A stretch of DNA of 64,000 bases, taken from a virus. The stretch lies in IMG/VR virus record IMGVR_UViG_3300009093_000034, positions 30,632 through 94,631 of that record, one strand, 5' to 3'. Below the pieces are notes generated by a model. The model did no database searches. It was not told the DNA's origin and worked only from the letters and a program-made list of their open reading frames with translations. Position 1 is the stretch's first letter, and each line of letters starts with the position of its first letter. This document shows, one piece after another, positions 10,280 through 18,559 of the stretch. Position numbers and translations under genes: made by a program.

Positions 10280-10778
10280 AGAGACTTTGATAAAGGTGAT
10301 CTCCCAATCTCAGCTTGATCAACTTTACGAGAACCAAAAAAACTATTACTACACCCTAAACGACCATCATCCTTTGGTAGATGCTCTCCCTCTCTATAAG
10401 GTCAAAGAAGCCTTGGAACAAGTCTTTCAAGGTCTCAATGTTCCAAATAATGTTGATTTTCATGTTGTAAGTAACCCAAACGGATTGAATGATCCAGGAG
10501 ATTGGTACAACTATGATAGGTTTACCGATGAAGGAGAGAAGGTCTCAGTTCAATATTGGTTTAGACTTTATCCTGGAAAGGTCATAGTAGAGTTGACTCC
10601 ATCGTTCTTAGATGATTACAAGAAAGAGTTTCAGAACTACATCAACAAGAACTTAGCAGAGATTAAGAGATGGCATCCTAGAAAAAAGATGGTCATGACG
10701 ATTGCCATTTGGATTCCTTTCTGGTTTAACACTTCAAGTAGAAATGTGAACTTGTTCGGCGACCATCTCATTCATTAA
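10272..10778 (+). CDS. short capsid-termini-like paralog 3
   Basis: 168 aa. It carries an N-terminal ENQ motif and a C-terminal IWIPFWFNTSSRNVNLFGD motif. Confidence 0.5.
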   Translation: MIEETLIKVISQSQLDQLYENQKNYYYTLNDHHPLVDALPLYKVKEALEQVFQGLNVPNNVDFHVVSNPNGLNDPGDWYNYDRFTDEGEKVSVQYWFRLYPGKVIVELTPSFLDDYKKEFQNYINKNLAEIKRWHPRKKMVMTIAIWIPFWFNTSSRNVNLFGDHLIH

Positions 10779-10787
10779 GGAAAAAGT

Positions 10788-11741
10788 ATGAAACTATCTT
10801 ATGAACAAAAGATTCAAATCTTAATTGATAATCAACTAAAGTACATGAAAACTCTTAAAGACGAAGACAAGAAACGTTTTCCCTTTAAAGAAGAACATGT
10901 AGAAAAGATGGTAAGAACCATCTTCAAAGAAGATGGTGTGATCAATCAAATGTTTGATTGGACAACTTCTCCTGTAGGAGAACCATTAACCACAGATTAC
11001 CTGGTAACATCTATGTCTGGTCCAGAAGATGGGATTCCAGAAGTTACTCTTGATATAAAAACCCATACGTTCACAAAGGGTCATCATTCTTATCTAGTAA
11101 CATCGTCATCTAAACTTGACGAGATTAAAGAAAGTATGAAAATATGGGGAGAAGAAGTTCTTATTCAGATTGTAGCTGAAGCACTACGAAACAGTTTAGG
11201 GTCTCGTTTCATCAAAGAGATTCAAAAAATCATTGAGTTGAATCCTTATTACAAAAGCCTATTTGATATACCTTTCTCTATAGAAGAGACAGAGGGAAGA
11301 TCGTTTGTTAAATCGGTAGACGTTTCATTCGTTCAAAATTATGTTCATGCTGAAGCAAGTATGTACAGACAACTCACTAGAGGTGGAGTTACTCATATTT
11401 TATCAGGTGTTTTAATGGATTCTTATTGGAGAGTCCACCAGCAATTTGATTGGAGATCTGCTACTCAACCAGTTTTTATTCATAGAACGGGATCTATCCA
11501 AGGAATCCAGATGTGGAGAGGCCCAAAACATCTTATTGAAGAAAGTTCTGGTTATTTTCTTTGGAAAAATCCAGATATAGAAGAAGATAAGCTAATGACT
11601 CTCGCTATTCAAACCCCTTTTATTTTAAGTAACAGATCAAACGATTTCTCTTCTAACGAGTTCTTCTTTGACGGAGACTTAGTAGTCTTTCAACCAGGAT
11701 ACGTAAGAGAGATTAAACTCTTAGGTTTGCCATCCATCTAA
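10788..11741 (+). CDS. capsid-termini-like paralog 4 (longer)
   Basis: 317 aa. The N-terminus has IDNQLKYMKTL and the C-terminus has LAIQTPFILSNRSNDFSSNEFFFDGD. Confidence 0.5.
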   Translation: MKLSYEQKIQILIDNQLKYMKTLKDEDKKRFPFKEEHVEKMVRTIFKEDGVINQMFDWTTSPVGEPLTTDYLVTSMSGPEDGIPEVTLDIKTHTFTKGHHSYLVTSSSKLDEIKESMKIWGEEVLIQIVAEALRNSLGSRFIKEIQKIIELNPYYKSLFDIPFSIEETEGRSFVKSVDVSFVQNYVHAEASMYRQLTRGGVTHILSGVLMDSYWRVHQQFDWRSATQPVFIHRTGSIQGIQMWRGPKHLIEESSGYFLWKNPDIEEDKLMTLAIQTPFILSNRSNDFSSNEFFFDGDLVVFQPGYVREIKLLGLPSI

Positions 11742-11758
11742 CTATTAACTAATTTAAC

Positions 11759-12010
11759 ATGCCACTAAAACCTCGAATCGGTGTCCACTACGAAAGCATC
11801 AGGCCACAAGAAACCGCTGAGATGGCCATTCAACGACTTAAGATCAGACCTAAGGATTGGGTCATTCTTCCTATCATCAAACTTTCTGGATCTCAAAAGA
11901 TCCTTCCACTTAAGTTCTCAGGTATCTCAGACTCGATGACTAAGATCGAAGGACCTGGTTTTATCATTGAAAAAATGTACGATCTTTTGACTAAATCCCA
12001 AATCTCTTAA
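11759..12010 (+). CDS. hypothetical protein
   Basis: 83 aa ORF in the + strand array. Confidence 0.4.
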   Translation: MPLKPRIGVHYESIRPQETAEMAIQRLKIRPKDWVILPIIKLSGSQKILPLKFSGISDSMTKIEGPGFIIEKMYDLLTKSQIS

Positions 12011-12021
12011 GATATTGTAAG
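12008..12021 (+). promoter_or_regulatory. conserved promoter-like motif TAAGATATTGTAAG (copy 1)
   Basis: Member of the 8-copy GATATTGTA motif family. It lies 10-15 nt upstream of an RBS GAGAGG and the start of a membrane-protein gene. Confidence 0.55.
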
Positions 12022-12028
12022 ACGAGAG

Positions 12029-12331
12029 GTGAACATGATCGGAAAACTGATTGGTGGTGTGGTCCTCGTGATCATCGCTGCTATTCTGTTCTGGCTGATT
12101 TGGGGTCTTCTGACCCCCTGGATCGTCAATTCCATCCCCGCTGGGGAGTGGAAAGCTTTCATGGGTGTGGTGGTCACCATCGTCGTGGGTTGGTTTGGAG
12201 GAATCGTTCTTCCTCTGGTCCCCCTGATTGCTGGTATCGTCTTCATCTTCAAGTTCTTCGGTCAGGCTTTTGCCTTGGCCACCGGTTCGAACATCGGTAA
12301 GTATCGTTACCGTGGTCGTCCCTACCAGTAA
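12029..12331 (+). CDS. GC-rich membrane protein (promoter-gene-terminator cassette)
   Basis: 100 aa with three hydrophobic helices. Codon usage is markedly GC-richer than the neighbours. The likely ATG is at 12035. Confidence 0.5.
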   Translation: MNMIGKLIGGVVLVIIAAILFWLIWGLLTPWIVNSIPAGEWKAFMGVVVTIVVGWFGGIVLPLVPLIAGIVFIFKFFGQAFALATGSNIGKYRYRGRPYQ

Positions 12332-12350
12332 GAACTTTCAGTTTTGTTAA

Positions 12351-12380
12351 AGATCCTCCCGAAAGGGAGGATTTTTTATT
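12351..12380 (+). terminator. rho-independent terminator
   Basis: ATCCTCCC-GAAA-GGGAGGAT hairpin followed by TTTTTTATT. Confidence 0.8.
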
Positions 12381-12398
12381 GTCTTCTAGATATACTAC

Positions 12399-12413
12399 TG
12401 AGATATTGTAGCC
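12399..12413 (+). promoter_or_regulatory. conserved promoter-like motif TGAGATATTGTAGCC (copy 2)
   Basis: The motif ends 6 nt before the ATG at 12417, implying a leaderless or near-leaderless transcript. Confidence 0.55.
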
Positions 12414-12416
12414 ATC

Positions 12417-12641
12417 ATGGATGAACTTACTTGGGAACAGGTGAAAGACGGTAAGCACGAAGAGTGGAACGCCGTCCAGAAAGATCACGTTCAGGCTTAC
12501 ATCAAGAGACTCTCTGCTTTTCGTCTCGATGTGAAGTTTCGGAACCCGACCATTGAGGACTTTGAGTTCCTCGGTTCTTTGGGAGAAGCTAAGTCTTTGA
12601 CCCGAGAAGAACTGGCTAAGGTCGAACCCATCTCAAAGTAG
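12417..12641 (+). CDS. hypothetical protein (GC-rich cassette)
   Basis: 74 aa, with codon usage resembling the other motif-driven genes. Confidence 0.45.
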   Translation: MDELTWEQVKDGKHEEWNAVQKDHVQAYIKRLSAFRLDVKFRNPTIEDFEFLGSLGEAKSLTREELAKVEPISK

Positions 12642-12648
12642 GAATAAC

Positions 12649-12861
12649 ATGGCCGAAGTTCACGCCGAGATTGAATATATCCATCCCACCGAAGGACACT
12701 CTGTCCACAGTGACATCTGTCCTCCTGATTGTGACTCTGAAGGACTTTCTGATCTTGAGTATCGGAAGTTTCTTCATGATTGTCTTGACGAGTGGTTGGA
12801 CAAGTCCAAAGGCACTGGCATCTTCTACATCAAGAATGTCGATGCTAAGATTGATTTTTAA
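12649..12861 (+). CDS. hypothetical Cys/His-containing small protein
   Basis: 70 aa. It is preferred over the overlapping alternative frame 12671..12868 on codon usage and RBS spacing. Confidence 0.4.
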   Translation: MAEVHAEIEYIHPTEGHSVHSDICPPDCDSEGLSDLEYRKFLHDCLDEWLDKSKGTGIFYIKNVDAKIDF

Positions 12862-12881
12862 CCTGTAAAGGAACTAGAAGA

Positions 12882-13130
12882 ATGAGTCAGTATGTCAACG
12901 AAAACGTTGCCATTGAGTTTGCCCAGACGGGTACCTTGATTGGCAAGACCGAGCCTTCCAGGGAAACCAAGTGGACCTGGTGGGAAGTTTATACCAAGGA
13001 CGACAGAATCGTCGCTTGTGTTGTCGATGAAGAGAACGGAATCATCTGCGGAGAAGAGATCTCCAGGCAGGAACTCCCTGGATACGTTGACGATATCGAG
13101 AATGCCCTAGAGACCCTCGTGGAGGCCTAA
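12882..13130 (+). CDS. hypothetical protein
   Basis: 82 aa with an RBS GGAACTAGAAGAATG. Confidence 0.45.
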   Translation: MSQYVNENVAIEFAQTGTLIGKTEPSRETKWTWWEVYTKDDRIVACVVDEENGIICGEEISRQELPGYVDDIENALETLVEA

Positions 13131-13131
13131 C

Positions 13132-13413
13132 ATGCCCGCAGTTCGATTTGAGTCCAATCTGGACGTCCTGAAAGGAAAGATAGGTGGAACCTTTGATCAT
13201 TGGGAAGGAGAACTTCCTAAGGTTGGAGATCAACTAAGGATCACCACTCAGAAAGGAGAACTCAGATTCGAGATCTTGTCAAAGACATGGTTTCTTGGAT
13301 CCTCTCCTACTTGTGTCTTTTACGTGAGTGTTCCTACCGATCTCTACAAGGAAGAAGGAACTTCTAAGATGAAGACTCTTCCTAAAGAATGGACTGACGT
13401 CTACTACAAGTAA
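13132..13413 (+). CDS. hypothetical protein
   Basis: 93 aa ORF immediately following the previous stop. Confidence 0.45.
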   Translation: MPAVRFESNLDVLKGKIGGTFDHWEGELPKVGDQLRITTQKGELRFEILSKTWFLGSSPTCVFYVSVPTDLYKEEGTSKMKTLPKEWTDVYYK

Positions 13414-13422
13414 GGAGATTCT

Positions 13423-13623
13423 ATGGACTTCGGAAAGTACTTTCAGAGCATGTTGGACATCAATGCACAACGATGGAAGTTGGCTCTTACTCCTGAAGGG
13501 ATCGTAATAGACATTGCCGCAATCCTTTTGATCGTAGGAATCACACTTTGGATCAAGTGGGATGACGTTCGAGATGTCTTCAGTACTCTTAAGAAGATGA
13601 GAGATCTTAAAAAGAAAAAGTAA
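13423..13623 (+). CDS. small TM protein
   Basis: 66 aa with a hydrophobic IVIDIAAILLIVGITLWI segment. Confidence 0.4.
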   Translation: MDFGKYFQSMLDINAQRWKLALTPEGIVIDIAAILLIVGITLWIKWDDVRDVFSTLKKMRDLKKKK

Positions 13624-13630
13624 CAACATC

Positions 13631-14122
13631 ATGAAAAAATTTATCTTCCTCGATATTGACGGAGTTCTCGCAACCACTTGGCACAAACGCCTTGAGGATG
13701 GAGAGCTCTGTTTCAATGAGGCACCAGTCAGAAACTTTAACGATCTTTGTACGGCGGTACCTGATGCAAAGATCATCATCACCTCAACATGGCGTCTTGG
13801 TAGAACTGTTGATGAGTTGAGAGCTATCTTCAAGTTTAGAGGTTTTCTTTATCCTGAGAGGATCATCGATAAAACTCTCAGATTCTTCTACAACTACGAC
13901 CTCAGCGATGGAACCTCTGCATCTAAAGGAGTTCCTAGAGGTGTTGAGATCGCTCATTGGATGGATCATCATCTCATTGATGAGGATGAGATCTCCTACT
14001 TGATTCTTGATGACGACTCAGACATGATGCTCCGTCAAGGCAACCATTTCCTTCGAACCAATAGTTCTAGAGGTTTGACTTCGACAAACGTCAAAAGAGC
14101 GATTAAGATCCTAAATGGCTAG
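13631..14122 (+). CDS. HAD-like hydrolase (phosphatase/nucleotidase family)
   Basis: The N-terminal FIFLDIDGVLAT matches HAD motif I DxDG(T/V). Confidence 0.5.
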   Translation: MKKFIFLDIDGVLATTWHKRLEDGELCFNEAPVRNFNDLCTAVPDAKIIITSTWRLGRTVDELRAIFKFRGFLYPERIIDKTLRFFYNYDLSDGTSASKGVPRGVEIAHWMDHHLIDEDEISYLILDDDSDMMLRQGNHFLRTNSSRGLTSTNVKRAIKILNG

Positions 14123-14309
14123 AACGATCCTCATCACCGGAAATTTTCCTATCTACAAAAACGGTCACAAGACTGGAAAGACTGAGTTCGTTGTCTCTCA
14201 TGGAGTCAACGAAGAGACAGGAAGGAACGTGATTCTTCCCTGTGAACACCCTGCCATGCTCGGTGCAAAGTTCGACTCACAACTTCAAGAGTGGGTGTTG
14301 GAGAATTAA
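14115..14309 (+). CDS. hypothetical protein
   Basis: 64 aa. Confidence 0.35.
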   Translation: MARTILITGNFPIYKNGHKTGKTEFVVSHGVNEETGRNVILPCEHPAMLGAKFDSQLQEWVLEN

Positions 14310-14310
14310 T

Positions 14311-14505
14311 ATGCAAAGTCTCTACGATTGGTTTGATCCCAGTCTTATTACTCATCTTCGTGCTTTACGGTATGCAGATGAACATGGCCATTTTCCTGAA
14401 GATTTCATCGTAAATGGTGTTGAGGTCGGGCCTACTGACATCATTGGTATCTACGCTAAGGTAGCTCAAGCTCACCTTACCGAGAAGCTTGGACCAAGGA
14501 AATAA
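14311..14505 (+). CDS. hypothetical protein
   Basis: ATG at 14311, directly after the upstream stop. It shares the frame of the longer tracked ORF 14242..14505. Confidence 0.4.
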   Translation: MQSLYDWFDPSLITHLRALRYADEHGHFPEDFIVNGVEVGPTDIIGIYAKVAQAHLTEKLGPRK

Positions 14506-14507
14506 CC

Positions 14508-14954
14508 ATGTTCAGATTTTCAAAACCAAAAGAAGCTCCTACTCGTCACGAAGTAGAAGAAGCCCAAGAACTTTACGACAAAGATCCTGAAGGTTTGGTC
14601 TTTTTCCGTAAACTCCAGTCCATGGAGCCACCCTACACTCTTAAGAGACACTTTGGATTTTTCTTCGGCGGAAACTCTTCCATCATGTACCAAGATACCC
14701 GAATTCATACTATGCAGGACTTGAGTGCTAAGGCAACAGTTCTCATAGCCAATGGTGCTTACAGAGAAGGTATGCTCCATCAATGGAATGAGACTCGAAC
14801 CAAGGTTGATGAACTCATCTCTACTTTGAAGAAGACAGCTAAGAATCTCAAAGATGATACTTTGGTCTCAATGGCCGAAGGAATGGCCAACGAGATAATT
14901 GCCAAGACCATTGAAGAAGTGATCATTCAAGAGATCAAGAAACTTCGATCATGA
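14508..14954 (+). CDS. hypothetical protein
   Basis: 148 aa. Confidence 0.45.
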   Translation: MFRFSKPKEAPTRHEVEEAQELYDKDPEGLVFFRKLQSMEPPYTLKRHFGFFFGGNSSIMYQDTRIHTMQDLSAKATVLIANGAYREGMLHQWNETRTKVDELISTLKKTAKNLKDDTLVSMAEGMANEIIAKTIEEVIIQEIKKLRS

Positions 14955-15331
14955 TGGCTCCTGTGTTTCCTTTTTTTATGTTCGCTGGACTCTTTTCTAA
15001 AAAGAAAGAAGAGACTAAGGTACCAGAGGTTCAAACTTATCCTGATCGATTCTTCGCTTTAGATCAATCAGAGACTGAAAGACTCATGAAGGATCATGAA
15101 AATGGAGATCCTCATATCTCTTTCCGGGTCTACAAGAATCTTCAATACTACCGAAAGTTGGTAGCTAATTACAACGAAAAGTACCAGATGTCAGTAGTCA
15201 TTTCTCCTAACGAGATGAAGTTATTCAAGAAAGAAAGAGACGATGATCTAGAAGTACTCAGGGAGTACTCTCGTCAGATCATTGCTCATTTACGGGAAGA
15301 AGCTTTTACAGGATTTTATTGGAAAAAATGA
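14951..15331 (+). CDS. hypothetical protein
   Basis: 126 aa with an ATGA overlap to the upstream gene. Confidence 0.45.
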   Translation: MMAPVFPFFMFAGLFSKKKEETKVPEVQTYPDRFFALDQSETERLMKDHENGDPHISFRVYKNLQYYRKLVANYNEKYQMSVVISPNEMKLFKKERDDDLEVLREYSRQIIAHLREEAFTGFYWKK

Positions 15332-15472
15332 TGTCTAAAATTAAAACGTGTGATGAAAAAATTGTCTTTTGAACGATTTTTGCTCTTGTAGCAAGATCCA
15401 AATCTCTCCTCTTTATCTAGTTGTCATAGCAATCGGATTAGCTATAGGAATTGCTTTGATCAAGGTTTTTAT

Positions 15473-15901
15473 ATGAGATTCACTCAAGAATGGTTTAGAA
15501 ACTCACCACAAGAAGAAGTCAAGCTATTGAATGGTGAGGAAGTTTGGGTCTGCGATTACAGATTCACCTCATTAGGCAACAAGCCTATTCGAGTCATTGT
15601 TCCGACTCTTTGTATCATCCACGTCAGTTTTTACGTGGACAAGTACTATCCTAGAGGAAACCCGATTCCTGTTGTAGAACTCAAGATCAAGAAGAACGGA
15701 AAAGATCTTAAGGTAGAAGACAACACAACGGCCTACAACAACTGGCTGAAGATCTTTAACGATGAACAAGAGTGCAGAGCTTTCTTCAGAGAACAAATGA
15801 CCGAAAACCTTGATGACCTAGACGAGTGGGAAAAAGGTCAGATAGAAAGAGCTGCAGAACTCAGAGCTACAATGCACAAGCTCCTAAAGGAACACGGATG
15901 A
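15473..15901 (+). CDS. hypothetical protein
   Basis: 142 aa. A 140-nt noncoding region containing inverted repeats lies upstream. Confidence 0.45.
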   Translation: MRFTQEWFRNSPQEEVKLLNGEEVWVCDYRFTSLGNKPIRVIVPTLCIIHVSFYVDKYYPRGNPIPVVELKIKKNGKDLKVEDNTTAYNNWLKIFNDEQECRAFFREQMTENLDDLDEWEKGQIERAAELRATMHKLLKEHG

Positions 15902-16698
15902 GCAACAAATTTAAGAACGATTCACTTGGAACAAGGATGAAGGAGAACTATGAGAACAGATCAAAGATCTTTCTCCCTCGTAGAACCTACATCATCCTTC
16001 GTGTGGATGGCAAAGCTTTTCACACATACACGCGTGGTCTATTAAGGCCTTTCGACCAGGGTTTGGTCGAAGACATGGACGCTACGGCAATCTACCTTTG
16101 CAAGAACATCATGGGTGCTCAGTTCGCCTATGTACAGTCTGACGAGATCTCTATTCTTCTCACAGACTTTGACACCAACGAGACCCAATCTTGGTTTGAC
16201 AACAATGTCCAGAAGCTTGCCTCAGTCTCTGCTTCTATGGCAACCTCAGCTTTCAACAAGGCCAGGATTTCAAGGTTCATGGCTACTACGACAGCAGTTC
16301 CTCTCGAGGATGCTGTGGACAAATTGACTTGGGCAGAGTTTGACTCTCGTGCCTTCCAGATCCCTCAGAAAGTTGAAGTAGAGAACTACTTCATCTGGCG
16401 TCAGCAGGATGCTACAAGAAACGCCATCTCCAGTGCTGCTCAATCTGTCTACTCCCACAAAGAACTTGAGGGAAAGTCTGGAGATGAGAAGCAAGAGATG
16501 ATGTTTCAGAGAGGCATCAACTTCAACGACTATGATCCTAAGTACAAAAGAGGTCGTTTGATCGTTACAGAAACTTTTCCAAGTATCTCAGTTACATCAG
16601 GTGACATGGCAATTAGAACAAAATGGGTCTCCACGGCCGCTCCTATCTTCACTCAAGATAGAGATGATCTCTCTGATAGAATTCCAGAAAGTAGGTAA
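15898..16698 (+). CDS. Thg1-like protein (tRNA-His guanylyltransferase family, 3'-5' nucleotidyltransferase)
   Basis: YIILRVDGKAFHTYT and YVQSDEISILL match the Thg1 hallmark blocks RIDGRxFHRF and QSDEYSF. The ATG at 15898 overlaps the upstream stop. Confidence 0.7.
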   Translation: MSNKFKNDSLGTRMKENYENRSKIFLPRRTYIILRVDGKAFHTYTRGLLRPFDQGLVEDMDATAIYLCKNIMGAQFAYVQSDEISILLTDFDTNETQSWFDNNVQKLASVSASMATSAFNKARISRFMATTTAVPLEDAVDKLTWAEFDSRAFQIPQKVEVENYFIWRQQDATRNAISSAAQSVYSHKELEGKSGDEKQEMMFQRGINFNDYDPKYKRGRLIVTETFPSISVTSGDMAIRTKWVSTAAPIFTQDRDDLSDRIPESR

Positions 16699-16701
16699 GA
16701 C

Positions 16702-17031
16702 ATGGAACGAGACACAGGTCCATTTAGGATCGAAGACGAAGAAGAACCAGACCTCGGACCAACCTCTGAGATTGAAGTAGTTGAAGGAGCTAGTTCTTCT
16801 GCTGAAGATAGCGAAGATTACTCCCCAAATGTCAAGATCTTCATTGACAAGGACTACTCTGGAGCCCTTTGGGTTCCTGAGAGAGATCTTCTTGAGAACA
16901 TGAGTGTGGACCAGTTGGTTCTTTATTGGAGTGATCCTTATGCTCCTATCGAAGTTCCTGCTCATGTGGTAGCTCAGCTTAAAGCCAAGGCTCACAGCCA
17001 GCTAGGATACTTGAACAAGAAACGAAGGTAA
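16702..17031 (+). CDS. hypothetical acidic protein
   Basis: 109 aa. Confidence 0.4.
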   Translation: MERDTGPFRIEDEEEPDLGPTSEIEVVEGASSSAEDSEDYSPNVKIFIDKDYSGALWVPERDLLENMSVDQLVLYWSDPYAPIEVPAHVVAQLKAKAHSQLGYLNKKRR

Positions 17032-17035
17032 GAAC

Positions 17036-17269
17036 ATGAGCTGTTTAGTTTGTGGCCAAAATGCGTTTGATAGGATTGACATCACTATCCCTGGAGTTCC
17101 CAGAGTATATTTGAAATCCTCTAGAGGAGAAGTTGATCTTTCATTTTGCACGATCTGCGGAACTGTCAAAGCTGACGTGCCCTTCCCATCTACAACTAGA
17201 GCTGCTTTGTTAGAAGATAGATATAAAAAGATCTTAGAAAGAAACAGTGGTTTGTCCACAGATCCTTGA
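17036..17269 (+). CDS. zinc-ribbon protein
   Basis: CLVCGQ...CTICG Cys pairs. Confidence 0.4.
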   Translation: MSCLVCGQNAFDRIDITIPGVPRVYLKSSRGEVDLSFCTICGTVKADVPFPSTTRAALLEDRYKKILERNSGLSTDP

Positions 17270-17281
17270 GATATTGTAGTC
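17267..17281 (+). promoter_or_regulatory. conserved promoter-like motif TGAGATATTGTAGTC (copy 3)
   Basis: It lies 20 nt upstream of the ATG at 17301, with an AGGAGG RBS between. Confidence 0.55.
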
Positions 17282-17300
17282 AACTCAAGGAGGTTTCATC

Positions 17301-17531
17301 ATGCCCGCTATTTCGGATATGGTCGAGAAGTACAAGGAACGAGTGATCGTTCTGGAACGGAAGATCTCGAACGCTGGTTACGGTGGATCCTCTGACTACA
17401 CGTCGGAGACTGAACGTGAGACCTTGATTGAGGTCATCAATGATCTCGAGGCCATGTCTGGTCTCGAAAGAACCATCTTCCCTGAACCCTTCAAGGAAGG
17501 TTGGCACGGAATGATTGGAGGTCCGAACTAA
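17301..17531 (+). CDS. hypothetical protein (GC-rich cassette)
   Basis: 76 aa with a strong RBS. Confidence 0.45.
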   Translation: MPAISDMVEKYKERVIVLERKISNAGYGGSSDYTSETERETLIEVINDLEAMSGLERTIFPEPFKEGWHGMIGGPN

Positions 17532-17915
17532 ATGGACGACACTGCTAAGGCATTTTCAGGACTTGCGATTCTTCTTCTGCTCATCTTGTGGTGTTGTGGA
17601 AGTTGCATCGGGACGGTCAGCAATCAGGCTGACATGACCGCTACTGTTATCAAAGCAGAACGGATTAACAATAGGTCCAACAACGGATCTCGTTACTTGG
17701 TCTTTACCAAGGACGTGAAGAGTCTGAGCGGAGACAGCTCTGCAACTGAAGAGGTCTTCGAAGACACCGATGAGTGGGTCTTCGGAAAGTTCAACTCTTC
17801 GGATCTGTACGGAAGCCTGACTCCCGGTACTCGTTATCAGTTCCACGTGTCTGGTGTTCGTAACCAGATGTTCTCGTGGTATCGCAACATCATCAAAGCT
17901 GAAGAGGTGAAGTAA
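17532..17915 (+). CDS. secreted/lipoprotein-like protein
   Basis: N-terminal signal-like LAILLLLILWCCGSC. Confidence 0.45.
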   Translation: MDDTAKAFSGLAILLLLILWCCGSCIGTVSNQADMTATVIKAERINNRSNNGSRYLVFTKDVKSLSGDSSATEEVFEDTDEWVFGKFNSSDLYGSLTPGTRYQFHVSGVRNQMFSWYRNIIKAEEVK

Positions 17916-17916
17916 C

Positions 17917-18375
17917 ATGTCCAAGACTCCTGCTGAACAACTTTCCATTGCGATCTCGATCGCTTCGAAGGGCCATGAAGGGGTCTTGGATAAGGGCGGC
18001 TCGCCCTACATCCTTCATCCTCTTCACGTGATGAACGCTGTTGCCCATCTTGGCTATCTGTGCATGGCTGCTGGTGTTCTTCATGACACTATTGAAGACA
18101 CTGACACCACTGCTCAGAATCTGCGTGACGCTGGTCTCGAAGAGAACGTGGTCATGACTGTCTTGGCCGTCTCTCGCCCTAATGGAGTTCTCTATGATGA
18201 CTTCATCAAGGCGATTGGAGCTACCCCCGGTATCGTAGGAACTTGGGCTCGGGCCATCAAGTTGGCTGACATCGAACACAACTCTACCGTCACTCGCCTC
18301 AAGGGTGTGGCTAAGAAGGACTTCGATCGTCTTCAGAAGTATGTCTATGCATACCAGTATCTGAAGGAAGTGTAA
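17917..18375 (+). CDS. small alarmone hydrolase (RelA/SpoT-type HD domain, (p)ppGpp hydrolase-like)
   Basis: KGHEGVLDKGGSPYILHPLHV...AAGVLHDTIEDT matches the SpoT HD-domain signature H..R.SGEPYI.HP...LLHDV.EDT. Confidence 0.65.
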   Translation: MSKTPAEQLSIAISIASKGHEGVLDKGGSPYILHPLHVMNAVAHLGYLCMAAGVLHDTIEDTDTTAQNLRDAGLEENVVMTVLAVSRPNGVLYDDFIKAIGATPGIVGTWARAIKLADIEHNSTVTRLKGVAKKDFDRLQKYVYAYQYLKEV

Positions 18376-18376
18376 G

Positions 18377-18559
18377 ATGAGTTTCAACTCTGTGGTTACT
18401 GCTGTTACTCCTACCTCTCCTCTCAACAAGAAGAACAAGACCAACTTTGGTTTGGAATTCTGGAAGAAGCTAGCTTCCAAACAGAAGGAAGCAGATCCTG
18501 AACGTCACGAATCCAAAGAATACCTTCAGCAACACACCGAAGGATGGGAGGATCTCTAA
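18377..18559 (+). CDS. hypothetical protein
   Basis: 60 aa. Confidence 0.35.
   Translation: MSFNSVVTAVTPTSPLNKKNKTNFGLEFWKKLASKQKEADPERHESKEYLQQHTEGWEDL

Noticed and set aside
12671-12868. Alternative-frame 65-aa ORF overlapping 12649..12861
   Set aside because: It has the same span in a different frame. The Cys/His-containing frame with the immediately preceding RBS-like GGAATAACATG was preferred. Only one can be real.
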